Shown: piece by piece, positions 8,706 to 18,454 of the stretch
How positions within the stretch are numbered: the stretch's first letter is position 1
Layout: every line of letters starts with the position of its first letter
Virus record (IMG/VR): IMGVR_UViG_3300044608_002262
Span: 2,801-66,800 of that record
Strand: one strand, 5' to 3'
Origin: a virus
DNA length: 64,000 nucleotides
Position numbers and translations under genes: made by a program
Notes under the pieces: generated by a model
The model's database searches: none
Seen by the model: only the letters and a program-made list of their open reading frames with translations
What the model was told of the DNA's origin: nothing

Positions 8706-10451
8706 ATGGCCGAGAACTCCAAAGTTACGTGGATGGACCGGGCGATTGCTTCGGTGGCCCCGCGTTATGCCATGTCGAGGGTGATGGGTCGCTCGATTCT
8801 CAAGGAATTCGAGAGCGGCGAAGAGGTGCGGACGCAGCGGGGCGACAGCGGCGGGAAGAGTCGCCATGCGTCGAGCGAAACGAGTCGCCGGAACCGGGAT
8901 CGGCTCAAGCAAATTTGGGAAGCACGCGACATGGAGGAGCGTTACTGCTTCGTGCGCGGGATTTTAGAAAAACTGACGCAATACGTTTGCGGGGCGATCA
9001 CTTATCAGGCTCGCACGGGCGACAGCGAGTTTGACGAACAATACCAGAACTACTTTCACGATTGGTGCAACAGGGCGGATGTGACGGGTCGCTTCCGTTT
9101 CTCCGAGTTGGTGCAGCTTGGTTTCCGCGCCACGGTGCGGGACGGCGAACATGGCTGGCTCATCCTGCCGGTGGATGGCGAACTGCGTTTGCAGTCGATC
9201 GAGGGCGACCGGATCGGCGGCGACGAGCCGAGAGGGAGCGTCGATGAATACAATATCAACGGCATCGTGATCGACGATTTGGGGCGGGTTCAGCGATACG
9301 AAATCTACAAGCGCACCCGGATGGCGCAATACATCAAGGAACTGGATGCCACGCCAGACCAGTTTATTCACCTTTACCGCCCGACACGGGTGGATCAATA
9401 CCACGGATTAAGCTGGCTGAGTCCGGCCCTGCCGCACGCGCGCGACATCCACGAACTTTTCGGCTTCGAAAAAATCGCCATGAAGTTTGCGGCGGCATTT
9501 GCCGGTTTTATACGCAGGCCCGATGGTTTGAAGAACGCGGGGATGGATTGGATGACGCGCAAGCCGGGATCAGAGTCCGGGCCGGGTTCTTTCAATGTTC
9601 AGCCGGGGCTGATCAAGAGGCTCCAAGAGGGCGAAGAGATCACTTTCCCCGGCAGCACGGGCCGACCCTCCGGCAACCTGATGCAGTTTGTCGAACTTCT
9701 CATCCGCGAAATCGCCTTGGGCATGAACCTGCCTTACGGCTTTGTCTATAACATGGGCCTGCTGGGGGGCGTGACCGCGAGAATCGAAGTGATGCAGGCC
9801 ATGCGGAGCATCGCGCAGATGCAGCAGATGTTGGTGGATCGGGTGCTGAACCGAGTGAAAGACGCTGTGCTGGACAATGCGATTGCGATGGGCGCGCTGT
9901 CGCCGCATCCGCTCTGGAATTCGGGATCGTGGAATTTCGGTGCGCGACTGACCGGGGATACGGGCAACTACGTGCAAGAGCAGATCATGCTGATGCAGAA
10001 CGGGTTAATCACGCGCGGGAAGGTGATCGAAGAGATGGATGGCTCCTCGCACATGGAAATCGCCCGGACGCGCGCCCGCGAGGTGAAGGAACTTCAGGAA
10101 GTCGGAGCCGAATCCGCCGTGCCGATCGAATTGGTCGTTCCGGCGATGAGCAACGCGACCGCGCTCTTGGCCGCGATCAACAGTCCGCCGGAACCCGCGC
10201 CGGAACCGCCTCCGGGCTATGTCGGCCAAGCCGGTGAGAAAACGGCAGCGCAGGTGATCGAAGTTTTGACGGCCTACGCCGAAGGCAAGCTGGAGCGCGC
10301 CAGCGCGATCCAATCCCTCGTCTGGGTCTATGGCGTGCCTCGCGCCAAAGCCGAAGCCCTTGTGCCGGAACAAAGACCGGAACAACCCAACCAACCAACC
10401 AATACCAATGCCAACACTGCTTCCTCCTCCTCCCCAAATAACAACGGCTAA
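8706..10451 (+). CDS. Portal protein, lambda family, with Pro-linked C-terminal extension
   Basis: DVTGRFRF, RDGE, IEGDRI, IHLYRPTRVDQYHGLSWL motifs. Confidence 0.92.
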   Translation: MAENSKVTWMDRAIASVAPRYAMSRVMGRSILKEFESGEEVRTQRGDSGGKSRHASSETSRRNRDRLKQIWEARDMEERYCFVRGILEKLTQYVCGAITYQARTGDSEFDEQYQNYFHDWCNRADVTGRFRFSELVQLGFRATVRDGEHGWLILPVDGELRLQSIEGDRIGGDEPRGSVDEYNINGIVIDDLGRVQRYEIYKRTRMAQYIKELDATPDQFIHLYRPTRVDQYHGLSWLSPALPHARDIHELFGFEKIAMKFAAAFAGFIRRPDGLKNAGMDWMTRKPGSESGPGSFNVQPGLIKRLQEGEEITFPGSTGRPSGNLMQFVELLIREIALGMNLPYGFVYNMGLLGGVTARIEVMQAMRSIAQMQQMLVDRVLNRVKDAVLDNAIAMGALSPHPLWNSGSWNFGARLTGDTGNYVQEQIMLMQNGLITRGKVIEEMDGSSHMEIARTRAREVKELQEVGAESAVPIELVVPAMSNATALLAAINSPPEPAPEPPPGYVGQAGEKTAAQVIEVLTAYAEGKLERASAIQSLVWVYGVPRAKAEALVPEQRPEQPNQPTNTNANTASSSSPNNNG

Positions 10452-11487
10452 AGCCCCCTCCGGCAGAATTGTCGAGGTGGTGCGTGACTACGCCGGTCAC
10501 GGCATTGAGTTTGCAGGCGGAAACAGCTACGTGGTGGAAGACCCGACGCTGGCCCATCTGATGATGATGGGGGTGGCAGGCAAGATCCGTGACCGTGAGT
10601 TGTTCCAAGGCGAAGCGGGCAAGCGGGTGCTGATAACAAGGAGCGGCGGGTTTGGGGATATTCTTTTTCTGACGCCGCTGATTCGCACGCTTTTGGCGGC
10701 GGGCAACGAAGTGACTGTCTGCTGCCACGACAACTACAGCGATGCTTTGTCCGGTGTGGCCGTGCAATGGAAGCGGTATCCGATGATTTTGGCCGAGGTC
10801 ATGCCCTATGACCGGGAGTTCTGGTTGGAGGGCGTGATCGAGTTTGCCGCCGATCCGTCGAGGCACGCGGTCGATCTGTTTGCCGAAGCGGCGGGGGTGG
10901 AACTGACCGAGGGCAAGGAATTGAGCTACGCGGTGAAGCCGGAAGACACGGCTTGGGCCGAGGAGCATTTTCCCAAGAAAGCCAAGCGGCGGATCGGGGT
11001 GCAGCTCATGGCGTCGAGTCCAGCGCGGACGTATCCGCAAGACCTTATGATCGAGGTGGTGCAGTCTCTCATGCTTCATGCGGATCTTGAGGTGGCGCTG
11101 TTCGGGCCTCCGGGGGCGATTCAATTACAGGAAAACCATCCGCGCGTGCTCAACGTGGCGGCACAGGCGAAGACCTTTGCCCAGAGTGCGGGGGTCTTGG
11201 CGCAGTGCGATGCAGTCCTGGCTCCCGATTCGGCCATCGCGCATCTGGCCGGAGCCTTGAAGCTGCCGACTGTGGCCCTTTACGGATCATTCCCGTGGCA
11301 GGCGCGCACGGCGTATGCTCCGACGATCCGTGCCTTGCAGGTTTCGCTGGCTTGTTCCCCGTGTCACTGGCACGGGCGGGGTTCGGCTTTCCCGCCGCAT
11401 GGCCCGTGCGCGCGCACCGGCAGGTGTGAAGTGCTCGCCCAGATCGAGCCGCAACGGGTGGTGCGGGAAGTGATGAAAGCCTTATGA
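10408..11487 (+). CDS. Glycosyltransferase family 9 (heptosyltransferase-like)
   Basis: RSGGFGDIL; APDSAIAHLAGALKLPTVALYG; CSPC. Confidence 0.88.
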   Translation: MPTLLPPPPQITTAKAPSGRIVEVVRDYAGHGIEFAGGNSYVVEDPTLAHLMMMGVAGKIRDRELFQGEAGKRVLITRSGGFGDILFLTPLIRTLLAAGNEVTVCCHDNYSDALSGVAVQWKRYPMILAEVMPYDREFWLEGVIEFAADPSRHAVDLFAEAAGVELTEGKELSYAVKPEDTAWAEEHFPKKAKRRIGVQLMASSPARTYPQDLMIEVVQSLMLHADLEVALFGPPGAIQLQENHPRVLNVAAQAKTFAQSAGVLAQCDAVLAPDSAIAHLAGALKLPTVALYGSFPWQARTAYAPTIRALQVSLACSPCHWHGRGSAFPPHGPCARTGRCEVLAQIEPQRVVREVMKAL

Positions 11488-12248
11488 AAAAAACCAAGAC
11501 TGAGCGAAAGCCGTTCGATTTCAAGAAGTGCCATTTGCACATCGGGATTCCCTGCTACGGCGGCATGATGAGCGAACCGACTGTGACAAGTTTGCTCAAC
11601 TTTCTTCTGTTGGCCCAGAAGTTGGGCCTGAATTGGACGCTGGATACAATGGTGAACGAATCGTTGGTCACGCGGGCGCGCAATAATCTGATGGCGCAGA
11701 TGTTGTGCAACAAGGCTGCCACGCATTTCATGTTCATCGACGCGGATATTCGCTTCGAGGGCACAGCACCTTTGCGGCTGATGGTGGCGGACAAGGATGT
11801 GATCGGCGGGCTGTATCCGAAAAAAAGCGCGGGTCCGGCTGATTATGTGGTCAACTTGAACCCCAGAACGAGCGTGCAGGGCGATTGTTTCACGGTGAAC
11901 ACGATTGGCACGGGATTTCTGATGTTCAAGCGGGACGTTTATGAGCGTCTGATCAAGGCGCATCCAGAGACGAAATACGGCAATGACATGAGATTCGCCA
12001 AAGAGTGCGAAGAGAATATGTATGCCATATTCGACTGCAAAATCGACGACGATGGAATGTATCTCTCTGAAGATTGGCTGTTTTGCCGCAGGTGGCAGGC
12101 ATTGGGCGGCAGGGTATGGGCGCACAGCAAGGTGCTACTGAACCATTGTGGGCATCAGGAATTTCGGGGCGACTTGCCCGAAGGATGCCGTGGGAAAACG
12201 AAGCTCCCGGCGCTGAATCATATTTTGAAGGTGAAGAAGCGGAAGTGA
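11484..12248 (+). CDS. GT-A fold glycosyltransferase
   Basis: PCYGG, ESLVTRARN, FIDADI (DxD), GTGF, YLSEDWLFC. Confidence 0.8.
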   Translation: MKKTKTERKPFDFKKCHLHIGIPCYGGMMSEPTVTSLLNFLLLAQKLGLNWTLDTMVNESLVTRARNNLMAQMLCNKAATHFMFIDADIRFEGTAPLRLMVADKDVIGGLYPKKSAGPADYVVNLNPRTSVQGDCFTVNTIGTGFLMFKRDVYERLIKAHPETKYGNDMRFAKECEENMYAIFDCKIDDDGMYLSEDWLFCRRWQALGGRVWAHSKVLLNHCGHQEFRGDLPEGCRGKTKLPALNHILKVKKRK

Positions 12249-12281
12249 CAGTTCACCCGAATTGACAGGGATCGAGTTGAG

Positions 12282-15200
12282 ATGAGCCAAGCAATCGGAT
12301 ATGAGGGCGGAGTGCCGTTGACAGGGCGGATTGCGCGGGATCGGTGGGTGAAGAAGCTGCGCGATGAGGACTTGGATCGGCGGGACGCGAATCTGGGGCG
12401 GGCAGGTGCGGCGGGGGCGATTGCCGGTGCGCTGTTTCCGAGCCGCAAGATGGGGATCTATAAGCGCATGGGGATCGGCGCGGTGGCCGGGACGGCGGGA
12501 GTTTTGGGAGTTCGGCAGGCCACAAAGAATTCGCGGGATGCCTATGGCGAGCGGAGTCGCGGGGCGAAACGGGCGGAGTCGCTTCCGGCGGTAGCTGCGC
12601 TGACGGGCGCGGGGTTGCTGACGGCGAAGAAGCTGGGGCTGTTGAAGAAGCTGAAGTTTGCAGTTGGCAGTAGGCAGTCGTCAGTGGAACTGGAGAAGCC
12701 GTTTCATGGTTACAGCGAGAAGCGGCACGCCAAGACGGGCGGGCTGAATGACTCGTTCCGCAGGAAATACAACCGGGAGAACGGGAGTAACCTGAAGCGT
12801 CCGGTCACGACGGAGCCAAGCAAGCTCAAGCCGGGAAGCAAATCGGCCAAGCGGCGTGCTTCTTTCTGTGCCCGGATGGGCGGAATGCAGGGGCCGACCT
12901 CGAAGGATGGGAAGCTCACGCCGAAGGGCGCGGCCTTGAAGCGGTGGAATTGTTCGGCGGAAGTTTCCAGTGTTCAGTTTTCAGAGAAAAAAGAGAAGAA
13001 GGGGCTGAATCCTTATGTTGGAGCCACAGCGAGCGGAGCGATTTCGGGTGCGGCGCTTGGGTTTATTCCGACCATTCTCCGACGCGGCAACAGCCTAAAA
13101 ACGGCGCTCAAGGCCGGTGCGCTGGGCGGTTTGGCCAGCGGAGCGATTGTCGGCGGCGGTGCTTTGATCGGTTCGCGTATTCTGGGCGAGCCGCGCGAGG
13201 ACGAAGGATCGGCTTTTACCAAGCGCGCGGCGATTGGCGGCACGATTGCAGGTGCGGGCGCGGGGTTGGCCGGTGGGCTGTTGCTGCGTAAAACGGCCAA
13301 GGGGCAGAAGATTTTGGCCGATGCGGCGAAGAATTGGCGACCGGCTGAGTGGTTGCACAAGGGTCCGGTGGCAGGCAGCGCGGCGATCGGCGCGGTGGCA
13401 GGAGCAGGCTATGGTGGTGCAACTGGCGCGGATGAGGGGCAACAGGTGGATTCGTTGCGACATTTGCGGAAGGACTTGCGCAAGGATGTGAAAGCGGCGG
13501 CGATGAAGCTGGAAGGGAAAGTTGGCAGTGTTCAGTTTTCCGTTGGCAGCAAAGCCAAGTTTTTCATTACCCGGATCGCGGGTCGTGCCGAAGAAGGAAC
13601 GGTGGTGGGAAAGGCTTCGTCACTGAAAAGCGCGCGGCGGGTGAAGAACAAGCACGATCTCAAGTATGGGGCCACTGCCCACAAGATTGTCGATCAAGAG
13701 GGCAAGCCCGTTCTTTTTGCCCAGAAGGATTGGCGGGATGCGCGGCGGGAATCGCGTAGTGAAGCAGCTAAAGACGTGATGGTGGGCGGCGGGGCTTTGG
13801 CGGCGGGGGCTGGTGTCGGCGGCGGTGCGCTGTGGGCGGCACGGAAGTTTGGCCAGAACGCAGACAAGGCGGGCGCGGCGGCAGAGCAGGTGACAGAAAC
13901 ACTCAAGGGAGTGACCAAGCCGCGTTTTGTGCGGTCGCGTCAGTGGCTCAAAAAGCAGATGTCTTTCCCGACCTTTGGAAAAATGATGAAAAAGTTTCGC
14001 ATGAGTAGCACGGCGGCGGCGGTGGAGTTGAGTATTTTAAGGCCCAAGGGCCGAACCGCTGGATGGAGTGATTACGGCAAAATCAAAACTTCGGAGGGTC
14101 GCGCCAAGTTTGCCAAGGCACTGAATGCGGGCCGCGCGGCGGGCTGGGACAATTATGCTTCAACTCCGGCGATGAAGGATCTCTTGAAGGGCGAAAATGC
14201 GCGGGGGGCCATGCGCCAAAAATTCAGGAATTTCTTGAGGGTGCTTCCGTTGGAGAGCAAGCAACGTCTGACCGAATTTTATATGCTGCGCAAGGATTTG
14301 ACCGAGGAGCAGCGCAACGTGCGCAATGCGGTGGTGGCCGGAACGGTCGGCGTAGGTGCGGCGGCGGGAGTAGCCGCCGTGGGGTTGCGTTCGCTGAAGC
14401 GGGCGGATGAGGCCATGCGGCAGCGGTGGAGTTCGATCCCGGCGGCTCCGGCGACTTTGCCGGAAATGAGCACACCGAAGAAAAATCTGACTCCGACGAT
14501 GCAGGACAAATGGGCAGCGGCCCAAGCGCGCGCGGCGATGTCCCCCAAGGGATCGGGTCGCACGATTCGCGTTGAAGCTCCGCAGGCAATGGCGCGGCAG
14601 GCCGAGGCGCGGCGGATCAAAGAGATTCGTGCGGTATCGCGTGCGCCGATTGCCGATGCGGCGGAGGGCGCGCGGGCTTCGACCAAGGCGCGCGTAGCCC
14701 AAGGTCGTAAGTTGCAAAAAATTGCTTCGGTAGGAAATGCCGGGGTGCTGAGTCGCGGCGAGCGGATGACGGCTTCGGCAGCGTTGGCGGCTTTGCGGAA
14801 GAAGTTCCGCTTCGAGCACAATTTCGCTGTGCGCTACCGGGACAAGGATGGCAAATCGACGGGATGGAAAAGCTGGGCCAAGGGCGAAACAGTTTACGAC
14901 GAGAACATGAACCCGACGAAGATGGGGGTGGGTTCCTTGGCCAATTCGATGAATCGCTATGCGCAGCAGGGGTGGCGGGAGAGCAGGCGCGGAGCGAACT
15001 TGGTGCGCGATTTCCGCGAAGTGGCGAGCGGCCAGAAAACGAAGAAGCGGGAGTGGGAGAAATCTTATTTCAAGGATCGGGTGGCTGGTGCGCTCGGCAC
15101 GGCGGGCTTGATTGCCGGAACAGTGCTCTATCGCAAGGGCGGCAAATACGGCGCACCGAAATGGGCGCAGAAGTGGCACGGGGCGGTGAATAAAGTAGGT

Positions 15201-16544
15201 AGCGGCATCCAAAGCGCCAACAGGACGGCACAGGGCTGGCTGGACCGGCAGGTGAATGGGTTTGAGGCGCGGTTCAATGCAACGGTGCGGATGTTTTCGC
15301 AGGATAATTGGCGTCGGGCTGGATACACGGGAATGCTGACGGGTGGGCCACTTAACGTGCGGGATGAAATAGACGCCGAGCGATATTACCGCGCGGGCGG
15401 GGTTGAGTATCGCAAGCGAGACGCCTTAAAACACGCGCTGCCCGGAGCCGCCGCCGCGATCCCTGCAACTATTGCGGGTTACAAGTATGCAAAAAGTTTA
15501 GCGCGACGGGGCAAACCGTTGAGTGCGTTGGCGGTTCGAGTGGGTTTTCCGGCGGCGGCGGTTGGAGTGGTCAATTCGTTCGTTGGTCCGAGCAAGCAGG
15601 CGGTGAGTGACAGAGCAAAACGCACCCGCGAGTTTTCCACGGCGGAATACAAGCAGCTGGCCAAGAACAACTATAAAGACACAGCGCGCAAACGAGACTA
15701 CATCACCAGCAATATCGGATCTGTGGCGCAGAGTGGTTTGGCAGGCACGCTGCCCGGAATGGCTATTGGAGGGTTGCTGGCCGGAAAGCGCGGAGTAAAG
15801 CCGGGGTTGTTTGCGGGGATCGCTGGTGGAATTGCTACCCGCGCCATATTGCAAAAGCGAATCAACCGCAAAGAAGATAAGTGGATTGAAGAGGCCAATA
15901 GCGGGCAAGCGAGCAATTTGCGCCAGTGGGCTAACGACACAAAGCATACAGCAATCAATGTGGGTATTCCGCTTGGTTTGGCTGGGGCGGGTATTGGAAT
16001 TGCCGTCGCTCGCAAGCCGCTGTTTAGAGGAGCGAAAACCGCCGCCCGCAGCGCCCGAAAAATGGCAGCGACCGCGCGTGCCAAGATGCCGGTATCGAAG
16101 GCCACGCAGGATGCGCGGTTCGCCAAGGCCAAGCCTGCCCGTGCATGGGAAGTGGGCGGATCGCAGGCTGCGCCGTCGAACTGGCCGCGCCTTGCGATGG
16201 AATCACGCATGAATGCGACTTTGCAGATGTTTGAGGGCTACGGGCCGTATCAGGACTATTACTCGGCTCCGGGCTGGGATTTGCGGGATGCGCGGGGCAA
16301 GAGCGCGCGGGTCTTTGCGCCGGGAGCGAAAAAGCGGATGCGGCGACCGGCGGAGTGGCATGAGAAGAAGGATAACCAGAAGAAGCTGATTGCTGGGGCC
16401 GGGGTGGCGGCGGCTCTGTTGGCCGGAGGCGGTGGCTTTTATTGGGGCACGCAACGCGCACTGAGGCTGGGCAAGCTGGCCAAGACAAATGCCAAGTTCC
16501 GCGCGAGCAAGGGCGGCTTCGGAGACATCAGTGGCCTCAACTGA
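12282..16544 (+). CDS. 1420-aa modular basic protein; candidate internal-head polyprotein (contains a DUF6321-like module)
   Basis: About 11 cationic/Gly-zipper modules separated by V-x-F/L linkers; RRASFCARM..ALKRWNC module. Confidence 0.8.
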   Translation: MSQAIGYEGGVPLTGRIARDRWVKKLRDEDLDRRDANLGRAGAAGAIAGALFPSRKMGIYKRMGIGAVAGTAGVLGVRQATKNSRDAYGERSRGAKRAESLPAVAALTGAGLLTAKKLGLLKKLKFAVGSRQSSVELEKPFHGYSEKRHAKTGGLNDSFRRKYNRENGSNLKRPVTTEPSKLKPGSKSAKRRASFCARMGGMQGPTSKDGKLTPKGAALKRWNCSAEVSSVQFSEKKEKKGLNPYVGATASGAISGAALGFIPTILRRGNSLKTALKAGALGGLASGAIVGGGALIGSRILGEPREDEGSAFTKRAAIGGTIAGAGAGLAGGLLLRKTAKGQKILADAAKNWRPAEWLHKGPVAGSAAIGAVAGAGYGGATGADEGQQVDSLRHLRKDLRKDVKAAAMKLEGKVGSVQFSVGSKAKFFITRIAGRAEEGTVVGKASSLKSARRVKNKHDLKYGATAHKIVDQEGKPVLFAQKDWRDARRESRSEAAKDVMVGGGALAAGAGVGGGALWAARKFGQNADKAGAAAEQVTETLKGVTKPRFVRSRQWLKKQMSFPTFGKMMKKFRMSSTAAAVELSILRPKGRTAGWSDYGKIKTSEGRAKFAKALNAGRAAGWDNYASTPAMKDLLKGENARGAMRQKFRNFLRVLPLESKQRLTEFYMLRKDLTEEQRNVRNAVVAGTVGVGAAAGVAAVGLRSLKRADEAMRQRWSSIPAAPATLPEMSTPKKNLTPTMQDKWAAAQARAAMSPKGSGRTIRVEAPQAMARQAEARRIKEIRAVSRAPIADAAEGARASTKARVAQGRKLQKIASVGNAGVLSRGERMTASAALAALRKKFRFEHNFAVRYRDKDGKSTGWKSWAKGETVYDENMNPTKMGVGSLANSMNRYAQQGWRESRRGANLVRDFREVASGQKTKKREWEKSYFKDRVAGALGTAGLIAGTVLYRKGGKYGAPKWAQKWHGAVNKVGSGIQSANRTAQGWLDRQVNGFEARFNATVRMFSQDNWRRAGYTGMLTGGPLNVRDEIDAERYYRAGGVEYRKRDALKHALPGAAAAIPATIAGYKYAKSLARRGKPLSALAVRVGFPAAAVGVVNSFVGPSKQAVSDRAKRTREFSTAEYKQLAKNNYKDTARKRDYITSNIGSVAQSGLAGTLPGMAIGGLLAGKRGVKPGLFAGIAGGIATRAILQKRINRKEDKWIEEANSGQASNLRQWANDTKHTAINVGIPLGLAGAGIGIAVARKPLFRGAKTAARSARKMAATARAKMPVSKATQDARFAKAKPARAWEVGGSQAAPSNWPRLAMESRMNATLQMFEGYGPYQDYYSAPGWDLRDARGKSARVFAPGAKKRMRRPAEWHEKKDNQKKLIAGAGVAAALLAGGGGFYWGTQRALRLGKLAKTNAKFRASKGGFGDISGLN

Positions 16545-16572
16545 GTTGACTTACACGAGAAAGAAAAAATCT

Positions 16573-17439
16573 ATGAACACGGAAATCAAAAAGAAATTGG
16601 TCGCCCTTGAGGCGAATGTGGATGCGGTGCTGTTTCGCCGGATGTATGAGGACGAAGAGCAGCAGTCGGGTATGGGCGTGGGCCGTGCTTTGAATATCGG
16701 TGTGGGTGCGGCGGCGCTGGGCGCAGGCGCGTATGGCGCGAAAATTGGCGATCAGGCCATCCGCCGGAAATACGGCATGATGCCCGGAGTCGGTCGCCGT
16801 GAGGCTTATCGTCGCGCGGGAATGGATGCGATGGATGCGGCGAAGGGCTATGGCAGCAGGGCGCAGGATGCGGTAACGGGATCTGAGGGTTTCAAGGCCG
16901 GTCAGAAGGCGTGGCAGCGCAGCGCTGGTCAGGGCACGGGACTATTTTCGCGTGTTCGTCGTGTGCTCGGCGGGGCGACCCGTGCGATGACCGGCGGGCG
17001 TTTCGGCTTCGAGGCAATCGAGGGACGGGTGAATCGTTTGATCGAGCTTGCTGAAGTTCGCATCAACGAGAAGGGCCAACGCTCGGATCAGAATTTGCGC
17101 CGTGGAGCTATGGGCTTGTTGACCGGCAGCATCGGAAGCGGTGCCGGTTCACTCGTCAATGCCGGTCGGTTCAATGAGGAAAATGAAATTTATCGCAAGC
17201 GTGATGCAGCGGGTCATTCTTTGGTCGGCGGGCTGGCGGGTGTTCCTGTCGGCCTTGCCGGAGGCGCGGTTGCTGCGAGAATGCGCAGTCCGGGGGCGAT
17301 GGCGGCAACGGCAATAGGTGGCACACTCGGCGCAATAGGCGTGGGCTACGGCGTTTCGCGCGCGATGGGCGAGCGGTCGCTGGATAAGCGCAAGCGCGAT
17401 TCGCTTCTGGCGCGGTTGCAGGCCGGTCAACAGGGCTAA
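16573..17439 (+). CDS. Second modular Gly-rich basic protein (candidate polyprotein)
   Basis: Linkers LEANVDAVLF and FEAIEGRVNRLIELA; YRKRDA module. Confidence 0.75.
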   Translation: MNTEIKKKLVALEANVDAVLFRRMYEDEEQQSGMGVGRALNIGVGAAALGAGAYGAKIGDQAIRRKYGMMPGVGRREAYRRAGMDAMDAAKGYGSRAQDAVTGSEGFKAGQKAWQRSAGQGTGLFSRVRRVLGGATRAMTGGRFGFEAIEGRVNRLIELAEVRINEKGQRSDQNLRRGAMGLLTGSIGSGAGSLVNAGRFNEENEIYRKRDAAGHSLVGGLAGVPVGLAGGAVAARMRSPGAMAATAIGGTLGAIGVGYGVSRAMGERSLDKRKRDSLLARLQAGQQG

Positions 17440-17443
17440 CTTT

Positions 17444-18034
17444 GTGAAGGCTAAAAGCGCGGATAAGCCCAAGGGCCGGTGCTGGAAGGGGTGCAAGCCC
17501 GTTCCCGGCAAAAAACCTTTCAGCAAGGGCAGTTGTTCTTGCGGGATGTCGGCGCTGATTCCGGGGATGATCGAGTTTGTGAGCGACGAGGGTAGGGCGG
17601 CAGCCGCCGCTGCGTTGCGATATAACAGATGGATAGATCAGAATCCCAATGTGGATTATGGAAAAAATCCACATTTTGGTGATTTAATGGCGACGCAGGA
17701 TCGCGTTCAGCAAAGAGGAATCGCGGCCAACAAAATGGGATGGCCGTTTGGAAAGAAAGCTCGCGCCCGCAGGGCCGAAAGAAAGACTTACAACGAGGAT
17801 ATTGATTACATCAATAATCAGTTGAAGGGACTGTCGGCTCTGACTCCCGGCATGGTGGCTTTTGCTTTGGGCGAAGACAATCGGCCTCGCAATAACAACG
17901 GGCAATTTCTGGCCAATGAGACGGGCGGGGCGGATCCGAATTCGATGGCGGCGGCATACGGCAATGTCGAAGCGGAGAAGATGGCGCGGCGGCAGGGGCT
18001 TATGGCTCGGCTCAAGGCGATGATGGGGCGGTAA
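17444..18034 (+). CDS. Third modular basic protein (CWKG..PVPGKKP and RPRNNNGQF modules)
   Basis: Duplicated linker MSALIPGMIEF / LSALTPGMVAF. Confidence 0.7.
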   Translation: MKAKSADKPKGRCWKGCKPVPGKKPFSKGSCSCGMSALIPGMIEFVSDEGRAAAAAALRYNRWIDQNPNVDYGKNPHFGDLMATQDRVQQRGIAANKMGWPFGKKARARRAERKTYNEDIDYINNQLKGLSALTPGMVAFALGEDNRPRNNNGQFLANETGGADPNSMAAAYGNVEAEKMARRQGLMARLKAMMGR

Positions 18035-18058
18035 GAACAATCAATGTTGTAGTTCACC

Positions 18059-18373
18059 ATGAGCAGCGATGACCACGGACACCGGATTGATCACCACGAC
18101 AAGGAACTGGAAAGGCATAGCAGTGCCTTGTCGCGGATCTCGGATACTTTGGACAGCTTGCAACGGGAGACGCACGAGATCCGAGTTACTTTGAGAGAGC
18201 GCGACCAGACGACCCGATTTTTGCGGGCTTCATTCAATGCCATCCTCGTTGCTGTGGTCATGCAGTTGGCCGGGACAGTCTGGTGGGCGGCAAAGATGGA
18301 TGCGGCGGTGCAGGCGATGACGCATACGGTGAGCGACCACGAGGATCGGCTGCGGCATCAGGAGAAAAACTAA
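18059..18373 (+). CDS. Coiled-coil protein with a single TM helix (XhlA/holin-like)
   Basis: Heptad N-terminus; AILVAVVMQLAGTVWWA. Confidence 0.55.
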   Translation: MSSDDHGHRIDHHDKELERHSSALSRISDTLDSLQRETHEIRVTLRERDQTTRFLRASFNAILVAVVMQLAGTVWWAAKMDAAVQAMTHTVSDHEDRLRHQEKN

Positions 18374-18454
18374 TTTCCGGGCGCGGCGGTTGGTGGTTGG
18401 GGGACTCCCGCCGCCGCGTCCGAAAACCATTTAGTTGACTTGGAGCCTGCGGGT

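Noticed and set aside
12282-16544. Second tape measure protein or stop-codon-recoded gene cluster
   Set aside because: A clear tape measure exists at 23556; this ORF is highly basic and modular; standard-code ORFs tile the genome normally
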